Part shown: positions 32,515-41,456 of the stretch, piece after piece | How the letters are laid out: each line of letters begins with the position of its first letter | Position numbering within the stretch: position 1 is the stretch's first letter | From: Candidatus Bathyarchaeota archaeon | GTDB lineage: Archaea > Thermoproteota > Bathyarchaeia > Bathyarchaeales > Bathycorpusculaceae | NCBI GenBank assembly: GCA_963772455.1 | Contig: CAVYXJ010000021.1 | Location: 9,110-73,109 of the forward strand | Reading direction: 5' to 3' | DNA: 64,000 bases | The notes under the pieces: generated by a model | What the model saw: only the letters and a program-made list of their open reading frames with translations | The model's database searches: none | Told to the model about the DNA's origin: nothing | Program-made: the position numbers and the translations under genes

Positions 32515-32569
32515 AGTCCATAGAAAAATAATTGGAATAAAGAAAGAGAGGCATGGAGTTGATTAGATT

Positions 32570-32878
32570 ATGGAAAAACTCGTGATAAAGCCATCTTTAG
32601 AAAAGTCAAACAAAACAGAGGTTATAAAGGCAGTATTGCAAGAAGCAATTCCGACTCTAGAGACCCCTTGTTTAAAAAAATTTAAGCCCAGAGCAATCAT
32701 TTTAAAAGCTAACGATAAAGATTTTTCTAAAATCAAAGACTTAATTAAAACGCAGTTTCCCCAAGTTGAAATAGTCTACGTTACTACCGGTCCAGTTGAG
32801 AGTTTTCTCCGAGTCACCAAATCAATACCTTTTGAAATGCAGAACTCCTGTGAACAGACAAATTACACTATTGAGTAG
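32570..32878 (+). CDS. Hypothetical protein
   Basis: 102-aa ORF with GGAG upstream. Confidence 0.55.
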   Translation: MEKLVIKPSLEKSNKTEVIKAVLQEAIPTLETPCLKKFKPRAIILKANDKDFSKIKDLIKTQFPQVEIVYVTTGPVESFLRVTKSIPFEMQNSCEQTNYTIE

Positions 32879-33029
32879 GTGAAGGTTAATTTGTAGAATT
32901 GACGGCCGCGAAGAGGCAAACAATCTAAAAAAATAATTTTTTGTCTTGAAAAAATTAAAGATTGCAGAGAAGAAATGGGTTGTGTGGGATTAGGTTATAA
33001 TATCCTGACAAAGAAGTCACAAGGTGTAT

Positions 33030-33168
33030 GCATTTGCTTTTTCTCTTAAATTTGGTATCAGCACTTAATCTAATCCTTATAGACTATCTTTTCACTCCTC
33101 GTTCATTGTAGGTAAAAAAAATTAGCTATAGATTTATTCTGTCTCTACGTGTGATTTCTTTTATTCAA
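33030..33168 (-). pseudogene. Relic of the winged-helix gene downstream of 7TM paralog 2
   Basis: TTGA overlap with 7TM stop; KEITRRDR/IY...EKIV aligns to KKISRRDK/KIY...EKII of 28597-28902; multiple stops and indels. Confidence 0.6.
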
Positions 33169-33857
33169 TCTATTTTTTGGGTTATCAGAGTATTCTTTTT
33201 GTAAAAGGACCTATAGGCGATGATTAGAAATATAGCCAGGCCAGCCCAACGAATTACTAAGGCTCCCCACCATGCCGACATGCTATTGTCGCTTGCATAA
33301 ATGATCAGCGAGTATTGACTTATCCCAAGAAGTAGGTAACCAAAGGGACTCCATAATGTATCTGAATCTGGCGTTTCTAAATGACTCCTAAACGTGTGCG
33401 CAAAGAGATAAACAATGCAAATAAGATTGAAGACTCTGGTAATGCCGCTTATAAGTTGATAACTAGGTAATCCAACACTAGGAATACTGATGAGAATAGC
33501 CGAAGTTGTCAAGACGATGATTAATAAAATTAGAGTATAATTCCAGAGATGTCTACTATTTTCTTTGTTTTTCCTTGAAAAATAATATGTCATGCACAGA
33601 AAGATAAATGCGAAAGATCTTACAACGGCTTGAAGATATATTGTTCCATTGCCAAAAGCATATGGTTGGAAATATATGAAAGCTGATAAAGCGTAGGTTG
33701 CTCCAAGAAATCCAAAACCGAGAGGCAGTCCAAGGTATCTATTTTCTTTAGTAATCTGGTATGGTTTGATCATGAATCTTAGAAGAATTAGGCAAATGAT
33801 AGCTGATGTAGTTTCATAGACAACTCGGAAGGTTTGATAAGCGTAGGGGTCAACGAT
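33165..33857 (-). CDS. 7-TM membrane protein (putative receptor), paralog 2
   Basis: Clear paralog of 28899-29573; frame stays open 28 codons upstream of ATG 33773 (VDPYAYQTFRVVYETTSAIICLILLRF) behind a GGTGA SD. Confidence 0.75.
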   Translation of the reverse strand: MVDPYAYQTFRVVYETTSAIICLILLRFMIKPYQITKENRYLGLPLGFGFLGATYALSAFIYFQPYAFGNGTIYLQAVVRSFAFIFLCMTYYFSRKNKENSRHLWNYTLILLIIVLTTSAILISIPSVGLPSYQLISGITRVFNLICIVYLFAHTFRSHLETPDSDTLWSPFGYLLLGISQYSLIIYASDNSMSAWWGALVIRWAGLAIFLIIAYRSFYKKNTLITQKID

Positions 33858-33925
33858 GATAATTCACCATCAAGTTTTTGTGCCTTTTTTTACACTCTGT
33901 AATATTTGTCCTTAATATTTTACGC

Positions 33926-33940
33926 TCACGATACGTGAGT
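33926..33940. promoter_or_regulatory. Inverted repeat in the 7TM/beta-propeller divergent promoter
   Basis: CTCACG-ATA-CGTGAG. Confidence 0.4.
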
Positions 33941-33998
33941 TCGTCTTATTAGTCCATTCCCAAGAGTAAGCTGTATAAAATTTAGAGGAAAAGAAAAA

Positions 33999-36636
33999 AT
34001 GAAACTTAATACAAACAAAAAAACTATGACTTTTGTAATCACTTCCATTCTACTACTAACTATCACTGCACAGATGCTACTATTACCCCCTACTAATGCT
34101 CATACACCTAAATGGACTATCCCATCTTTTAGCTATGTAAGCGTAGCTCCATCTCCAGTCGGTGTCGGCCAGACAGTGCAAATTTACATGTGGGTCGATA
34201 CACCTCTGCCTGGCGCCGTAATAACGAATGACATTAGACGACATGGCTACACATTAACAATAACCAAACCAGACGGAAACACTGTTACCCAAAACTGGGA
34301 TTTAATCGATGACACAACGGGTGTTCAATTCTTCTCGTATACTCCAGATCAAATCGGAACCTACGCAATACTGTTCAACTACACTGGTCAAACCTATACT
34401 TGGAGCGGCGACTATCAAAATGACTGCTTTCGGACCAGCAAGTGCAACAACAACCTTAACAGTGCAACAAGATCCATTACCAATACCTATTGATACCTAT
34501 CCATTGCCAACAGAGTATTGGGCACGTCCAATAGAAGGACAAAATACAGTTTGGTACACTATTGCATCGAACTGGTTAAATGCCCCTTACATTCGTACAG
34601 GTGCAACTTCCACTGGTGGCGCAGGCTGGGGTAGATACCAACCTAACGGCATTGGACCTGAAAGCTCTCACGTCATGTGGACAAAATCAATCCAATACGG
34701 CGGAGTTGTTGGAGGCAATAACACAGCTGTCTCAGGCGAAACCTACTACATGGGTGGCTCATACCAAGTTAGATTCAGCAACGCCATCGTTATGCAAGGA
34801 ACACTATTCTATCAAGAGCCATACGGCAACTCTGGCGGCGGAGGAGATATCGTTGCAGTCGACTTAACAACTGGACAAGAACTTTGGCGCGTAAATTCAA
34901 CAAGAACAGGCACATCCATAGTTCCAACACTAGGCTACCTTTATTCCTTCGAATCAGGCAACCAACACGGAGTCTTACCAAACGGTTTACTCATTGCACC
35001 AGTCACTGTAACTGGTCAAGGAACAGTTTGGCGAACATATGACCCAAGAACAGGCGTATTGACCTCAATGAACATCACAAACGTTCCATCAGGCTCAGCA
35101 GCAGGAAACCTGTCTCCATCATCAGGATCGTCAGCTTCAATCGGTGGTCCATTAGGCGAATACCTCATCTACACATTGACTAACCTTGGAACAACAACCA
35201 ACATCAAATATTACCTATCTCAGTGGAACTCTTCTAAGGTAATCGGTAACAACTTCAGTAACGGTGTGGGAACATGGTACTCAGGAAATGCAAATGCAAG
35301 TGCAACATCGGCATACGACTGGAACGTGTCAATTCCCTCGCTTAAAGGACAATGGAGCGTCTTCAGAGATGTTTTGTATAACGATAGGTTGCTGTTGCTT
35401 CAGGGCAGCTTCGGAACAGGTCCAAGAGACAATGGTGAAGGAGTTAACGTTACTGCAATCAGCCTTAACCCAGCAACAAGAGGACAGGTACTATGGGCCA
35501 AATACTATGCACCAGCACCCAACAACGTAACTAGAGCATTAGTAGCAGTCGATGGAATAGCTGGAACATTTGTCACTGAAGACAAAGAGACTTTAGAAAT
35601 TAATGGTTATAGCTTAGCTGACGGCAACCACTTATGGACAACCGGACCAGTTGTAACTGAATGGGATACTCTAAGAAGAGATACACTAAGTGCATACGGC
35701 AGGCTATACGCTTCGGGCTATGACGGAATACTCTATTGCTATGATGACAAAACTGGCGAATTGCTATGGACATACGGTAACGGCGGAGTAGGCAACAGCA
35801 CCTATGAAGGTCTCGGAACAGCATACGGTCACATGCCAATTTTCGTTGACGTAATTGCTGACGGCAAAGTATACCTTGGAACAACAGAGCACTCACCTAA
35901 CTCACCATTCTACAAGGACGTACAATATCGCTGCGTAAACGCCACAGATGGAACAGAAATCTGGACACTGACAGGTTGGGGCACAGGCATGTACGTCGGC
36001 GCTAACGACATTGTTGCAGACGGATACTTTGTCTACCTCAACTGCTATGACATGCAAATATACTCTGTTGGCAAAGGACCAAGCCAAATGACAGTATACA
36101 GCTCCTGACGTATCAGTTGCATTAGGTTCATCAATCTCAATCAAAGGCACTATCACAGACATTTCTGCAGGTACACAACAACAACAACAAGCTGCAAGAT
36201 TCCCCAATGGAGTTGCTGCAGTCTCTGACGCAAGCCAAAAACTATGGATGGAATACGTCTACATGCAAAAGCCACGACCAACCGACGCAACAGGTGTACC
36301 AGTTACATTAAGCGTTGTCGATGCTAACGGTAACTACAGAGAAATCGGAACAACCACAAGTGACGCAGATGGATTCTTCAGTTTGAACTGGAAACCAGAC
36401 ATCGAAGGACAATACACAGTCTATGCATCATTCGGCAGGCTCTGCATCATACTGGCCATCACATGCAGTCACATCTTTTGCAGTTGATCCAGCAGCATCC
36501 AACAGCAGCACCAACAGCAGCACCACCACAATCAACAGCTGACATGTACTTTGTACCAGCAATCGCAGGTTTATTCGTCTTAATCATCATAGTACTAGTC
36601 TTGCTAGTGCTCATGATGCTTAGAAAACGGGCATAA
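33999..36636 (+). CDS. Secreted PQQ-like beta-propeller protein, paralog 4 (frameshifted, probably sequencing errors)
   Basis: ORFs 33999-34493, 34309-36108 and 36248-36487 plus tail DMYFVPAIAGLFVLIIIVLVLLVLMMLRKRA*. Confidence 0.85.
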
Positions 36637-36656
36637 ACATACAAACAAACACAACT

Positions 36657-36672
36657 ATCTTTCCCCTTTTTT
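36657..36672 (+). terminator. Oligo-pyrimidine terminator
   Basis: ATCTTTCCCCTTTTTT. Confidence 0.6.
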
Positions 36673-36684
36673 AGTCTTTAAAAA

Positions 36685-36812
36685 TGAATTGAGAAAAAAT
36701 GGGGCTGAGTAGGCTCTGATTAAAGTTTACGACAGTAGCCATAGTGTCGTTGAGCGTTTGCATTCGCTCCTTTCCCTAATGATCCAGAGCCTCAGCAAAC
36801 CCTTTCAATTCA
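36685..36812. ncRNA. Candidate structured RNA with bulge-helix-bulge and multi-branch core
   Basis: Nested complementary segments read by eye (see finding); strand uncertain. Confidence 0.5.
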
Positions 36813-36853
36813 GAAAACCCTAAACTACAATCAAAAAAAGAAACAAATCTTTT

Positions 36854-36878
36854 ATTCTTGGAATGTTTGTCCAAGAAT
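36854..36878. promoter_or_regulatory. Perfect 9-bp inverted repeat upstream of the Rieske gene
   Basis: ATTCTTGGA-N7-TCCAAGAAT. Confidence 0.45.
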
Positions 36879-36926
36879 CTATTTATTCTAAATTTTTCCT
36901 AATATGCAGATATAACGGGAGTTTCA

Positions 36927-37261
36927 ATGGAAGACAGAGTATGTACACGTTGCCGATACCAAAGATGTAGAGGCAGGCAAAATGAAAAAGGTCACCTTAG
37001 AAGACAAAGCAAGTCCTAATTGTCAACTTTGAGGGGACATATTATGCTGTTGACAGTTATTGTACTCATTATGGCGGCGACCTTTCAGAAGGCAATTTAG
37101 AAGGCAAAATTATCACTTGTCCAGTTCATAAAGCAAGATTTGACATCACAACTGGAAAAGTAGTTTCACCCCCTACTGAAGCACTCGATCGCCCAGATAT
37201 AGAAAACCTGCAAACATTCACCTTGAAAATTTTAAACCAAGAAATTCTAATTAAAAAATGA
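36927..37261 (+). CDS. Rieske [2Fe-2S] ferredoxin (two single-base insertions)
   Basis: Missing from ORF track; YAVDSYCTHYGGDLSEG...ITCPVHKARFDITTG. Confidence 0.8.
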
Positions 37262-37399
37262 ATTGTTTTCTTGATTCCTGTAAAAAGTAGATAGGAAAAA
37301 AGATTTGGTAAAAGTCTTGTGAATAACTATTTAATTTTGAAAGAAAAGAATACGGTCGTAACAACAAATGTTTTAAGTTACAAATCATAGAAGTAATGT

Positions 37400-38305
37400 A
37401 TGAACGGCTTTTCATTGGTTTTACTTGGCGTTGTTTTATTTGTAGTTGGTTATGCTTTATGGAAAATTCAAGGAAAATTAAAAGAAGTAACCTTAGCTGT
37501 CGATTCTGGCTTTAAAACAATTGAAGATGGAATCACCCAAAACCTACTAGGGGCAAATGGAGCGCTCACAAAAGCAACAATCGCAGTCGACCAAAATTAC
37601 GCCACCATCAACAATGGAATCAACAACAATATTTTTGGACCAACCGGGTTGTTGAGCAAGAGTCGATATATCATGAATTACGCCAATTCTATTTGTATAA
37701 ATGTAGGCAATGACATCTACGCTGGAAAACTAATACTACAAAATGACATTCGAAAAACAACAGGTGACATCGAAATTATACTTGATGACACTGGCAAACC
37801 CTTAATTGATGTTGGAAAATGGCTATACAAAGTAGGCGATGACATCGACATCGATATTGCAGGAGCTCATCCATTTGCAGGTTTGGCAAAACCATTCCAT
37901 GACACCGGAAACACAACTAAGAACATAGGTGGTTTGTGCTTATCAGCTGAAAATAAACTCAAGTCAGCAGATTTAAAAATAATGCAAGCTGAAACCTCGC
38001 TAGAGGATATTTCATTAAAAGTTAAAGCTTTAGGACCAGAAATTATTCATGTTAGAGACTACATTGATTCTTCTTTCACTAACGGAATCAACGCTTCGCT
38101 AAATAATCTAAAACAAGTGACAGATAACGTCAAGATTCTTTTCTCTACTTTGGAAAATGGTGCTCAAACTTCAGTTAATAATTTAAAAACTGCAAATAGC
38201 TATCTGGATTCGTTATTAAACAACATCTTTCAAAAACAATTGATAGTTGGTTTGTTTTCTGCTGGGATTATTCTTATCTTGACTGGTGTAGCAATTGGTC
38301 TTTAA
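37400..38305 (+). CDS. Hypothetical protein, TM - long helical hairpin - TM
   Basis: Terminal TM helices enclosing amphipathic Asn/Gly/Ile-rich helices. Confidence 0.6.
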   Translation: MNGFSLVLLGVVLFVVGYALWKIQGKLKEVTLAVDSGFKTIEDGITQNLLGANGALTKATIAVDQNYATINNGINNNIFGPTGLLSKSRYIMNYANSICINVGNDIYAGKLILQNDIRKTTGDIEIILDDTGKPLIDVGKWLYKVGDDIDIDIAGAHPFAGLAKPFHDTGNTTKNIGGLCLSAENKLKSADLKIMQAETSLEDISLKVKALGPEIIHVRDYIDSSFTNGINASLNNLKQVTDNVKILFSTLENGAQTSVNNLKTANSYLDSLLNNIFQKQLIVGLFSAGIILILTGVAIGL

Positions 38306-38560
38306 TATTCAAAAGTGCTGCCTAAGACCTTGGAACTTATAGACTGAAAGTGGATTCCAAAATTACTCAGGAAATTAAGTAAAAAGACAGCAGATCTAAT
38401 GAAATTATTTTGAGGTTCATATTCTAAATTTTTTTCTTATATCTAAAATATTGATATCTGTGTTCCAAGGCATTAAATCCAAAATCTTTTCAATGCTCAT
38501 CAGAACTTACTTTAAACACTTCTAATTAGTTTTGGACAATAAAAAAAGGGAAAAAGGGTT

Positions 38561-39133
38561 TTAGGTCATTACTGGCGGTGGTGGTGGCGGCACTTGATAT
38601 TGTGTAGAAGTTGAGTTTGTTGGAATTTGGAAGAATGCTACGAGTATAAGTATCCAAGCTATGAAGATCAAGAATAAACCAACAATGAATATTGTCAGAA
38701 TCGCGCCGATAAGCAACAGTAAACCCCCCGTCCTGAATAGCCCAACTCCTGATTTGGTTGCAAGAGAATTAAATGCTCTTCGAATATAGATAGCTTCGAG
38801 CAAATAGAAAACAAATGCAATGCCAAGAAATAGGATAAGCCCTCCTATGAGTCCTATTATGCCTGCTGCATCGCCTACCCCCAAAGCTGTAGTAGTAAAT
38901 ATTCCGCCGAAAAACAACGATACAAGAGCCAATCCAGAACCGATTATGCCAATGATCCCAAAGATTACTGCATAGAGTGTGTTCTTCCATATGCTTTCGT
39001 CATTGTACGCCTGTGACAAGTTCTTCATGCCTATGAGAACCATTATTATGCCAACGATGCTCAGAAATGGAACTGGTATTACTAAAAATATTGAACCAAT
39101 GCCAGCTAAATTTTTTCCTGATTCTAAAGTCAT
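38561..39133 (-). CDS. DUF996-family membrane protein
   Basis: LAGIGSI...LSIVG...LF.TGG..L.IGA.L.I; poly-Pro tail; ATG 39133 has GAGG SD. Confidence 0.85.
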   Translation of the reverse strand: MTLESGKNLAGIGSIFLVIPVPFLSIVGIIMVLIGMKNLSQAYNDESIWKNTLYAVIFGIIGIIGSGLALVSLFFGGIFTTTALGVGDAAGIIGLIGGLILFLGIAFVFYLLEAIYIRRAFNSLATKSGVGLFRTGGLLLLIGAILTIFIVGLFLIFIAWILILVAFFQIPTNSTSTQYQVPPPPPPVMT

Positions 39134-39400
39134 TCCATAACCTCTGGGTTTTATTTTATTTTGAATTGCATAAAAGCTTTGCCACCGTGTAACATTGATA
39201 GCAAAAGAATGAAGCAATCTAAAGAACATGTTAGAGCACAAGCAAGTCAAGTAGAAGCGAACTAATTTATGAGATCTCCCTCAGCTAAGTGAGTCACTCC
39301 GACTTACACTCTTAGCCAACGTTCTGATTTATTTTAGATAATTATAAATACGAACAAACAAGTTATTGAAAGCAAGCTTACATTCTGAGAGCACTTACGC

Positions 39401-40420
39401 ATGACCCTGTCAAAAAAACCAATATTCATGGTAATAGCAGTGTTCATATTGGTTATAGCGGTCATTTCAAGTTCAGTTATTTACCTCGACTTTCAATCAC
39501 CTTTCTCCAAAAAAGCAGACTCCATAATTATTGGAAATGCCCAGTCATTTGAATGTGACACCCTTGTCTATATCGCTCAACAACAGAACTACTTTGTACA
39601 AAATGGTCTAAACGTAACAATTATGAATTATACTTCAGGTATGGCTGCAGTCAATGATGTATTGAATGGAAAATTGGACATTGCTGCTACAGCCGAGTTT
39701 CCGTTAGTTGTTAACGCATTAAAGGGCGAAAATATTAGCGCTTTGGCAGGAATAGGCAAATTCCAGCTTCAAGACTTAATAGCCAGAAAAGACCGAGGAA
39801 TAGAAACAATCTCTGACCTAGTGGGAAAAACGATAGGTGTGCCCCTTGGAACAATTTCTCAATTCTACTTGGGCAGATTCCTTGAACTCAACGGTTTAAG
39901 CCTTCAAGACGTTACAGTTGTTAATGTGACTCCATCCGGAGCTAAGGATGCAATTATCAACGGAACAGTTGATGCTGTCATTATTTGGCAACCTTACGCT
40001 TATACAATAGAAGATCAGTTAGGCAGCAATGCAATAGTCTGGTCTCCACAAAGTAATCAAGCACTCTACATAGTTGAAGTCGCTAACAACAACTGGATTA
40101 AAGAAAACCCCGCCATCGTATCTCGTTTTGTTAAATCTTTGGCTCAAGCTGAGACTTACTACTTTAACAATCCATCTGAGACTGAAGACATGATACAACA
40201 AGGATTGAACTATACCGATGGGTACATGTCAGCAGTTTGGCCAAACCAGCAGATTTCACTTTCACTTGACCAAAGTCTAATAATATCAATGGATGATGAA
40301 GCAAGATGGATGATAAACAACAAACTTACAGATGCAACAGTCATCCCCAACTTTTTAAATAACTTCTACTTAGACGGTCTAATTGGCATTAAACCTGACT
40401 CAGTAACAATTATTTATTAA
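39401..40420 (+). CDS. NMT1/SsuA/THI5-type substrate-binding protein 1
   Basis: YF..NGLNV, DL.GKTIG, G.VDA...WQPY. Confidence 0.88.
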   Translation: MTLSKKPIFMVIAVFILVIAVISSSVIYLDFQSPFSKKADSIIIGNAQSFECDTLVYIAQQQNYFVQNGLNVTIMNYTSGMAAVNDVLNGKLDIAATAEFPLVVNALKGENISALAGIGKFQLQDLIARKDRGIETISDLVGKTIGVPLGTISQFYLGRFLELNGLSLQDVTVVNVTPSGAKDAIINGTVDAVIIWQPYAYTIEDQLGSNAIVWSPQSNQALYIVEVANNNWIKENPAIVSRFVKSLAQAETYYFNNPSETEDMIQQGLNYTDGYMSAVWPNQQISLSLDQSLIISMDDEARWMINNKLTDATVIPNFLNNFYLDGLIGIKPDSVTIIY

Positions 40421-40431
40421 AGGCGAAAAAA

Positions 40432-41448
40432 ATGGTTCTAAAAAAGAATAAAAAAGCCATTGCAGCTGCATTATTGATTATTTTTACCATTTCATCGATT
40501 TCAGTTGTTTTTCTAATTTTTAACCATCAAAATAATCAGTTAAGAGAAACCAATTCAATAACTGTGGCTATTCCGCAGCTTGAACAAAATGCATTACTGT
40601 ACATTGCATCTAATCAAGGATTCTTTGAAAATAACGGCCTAAATGTAACGATAAAAAACTTTGACTCCGGAGTAACTTCACTCAATGCATTGTTAACTGG
40701 AGAAGCAGACATAGCAGAATGTGCCGAATTTCCATTCGTTAATGCCGTCTGCAAAAACAATTCGATTTCTGTAATAACTGTTAACGACAAATTTGAGAAT
40801 GATTATTTAGTTGGCTTAAAAAGTCATGGAATCGAAACCGTTTCTGACTTAAAAGGTAAAACAATAGGTGTAACTAAAGGTACCATAGCTGAATTTTATC
40901 TTGGTCGTTTTCTATATCTGAACGGTATGAGTTTGGATGACGTGAACGTCGTCAACGTTGTTCCAAAAGAATATGTTAAGGCAGTTGCTGATGGAACAGT
41001 TGATGCTCTTGTAGCATGGCAACCGTATATTGATCAGATACAAACTGAAGTTGATGAAATTGTTACTTGGCAAGTTCAAAGTGGCCAGGATGTATATGGA
41101 GTTCTAGTCTGCAACAACTCTTGGATAACACAACACTCAGATATAGTTGAGCATTTTCTTAAAGCCCTTAAAGAAGCAGAAGCTTACGCATTTAACCAAA
41201 TAGACAATGCAAAAGTTATTGTGGAAAACGATTTGAATTATAGCCATTCATATGTATCAAATATTTGGTCTAAGCATAATTACAAACTATCGCTTGATCA
41301 ATCACTTGTCACTGCCATGAAAGATGAGGCGCAGTGGATGATTAACAATAAACTCATTAATCAGATGCTGGTTCCTAATTTTTCAGATTACATTTACATC
41401 GATGGACTTGAAATAGTAAAACCCGACTCAATAACCGTTATCAAGTAG
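40432..41448 (+). CDS. NMT1/SsuA/THI5-type substrate-binding protein 2
   Basis: Tandem paralog of the previous gene (AEFP, FYLGRFL.LNG, SLDQSL, EA.WMINNKL). Confidence 0.88.
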   Translation: MVLKKNKKAIAAALLIIFTISSISVVFLIFNHQNNQLRETNSITVAIPQLEQNALLYIASNQGFFENNGLNVTIKNFDSGVTSLNALLTGEADIAECAEFPFVNAVCKNNSISVITVNDKFENDYLVGLKSHGIETVSDLKGKTIGVTKGTIAEFYLGRFLYLNGMSLDDVNVVNVVPKEYVKAVADGTVDALVAWQPYIDQIQTEVDEIVTWQVQSGQDVYGVLVCNNSWITQHSDIVEHFLKALKEAEAYAFNQIDNAKVIVENDLNYSHSYVSNIWSKHNYKLSLDQSLVTAMKDEAQWMINNKLINQMLVPNFSDYIYIDGLEIVKPDSITVIK

Positions 41449-41456
41449 GGAATTAA

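Noticed and set aside
36175-36190. CAA microsatellite in paralog 4
   Set aside because: Short in-frame poly-Gln consistent with local codon bias
36701-36802. Cobalamin, fluoride or TPP riboswitch, or hammerhead ribozyme
   Set aside because: Only scattered words match (AGGGAA, ACTGT, CCTAC, CTGAG); order and core nucleotides do not fit, and no suitable downstream gene exists on the minus strand
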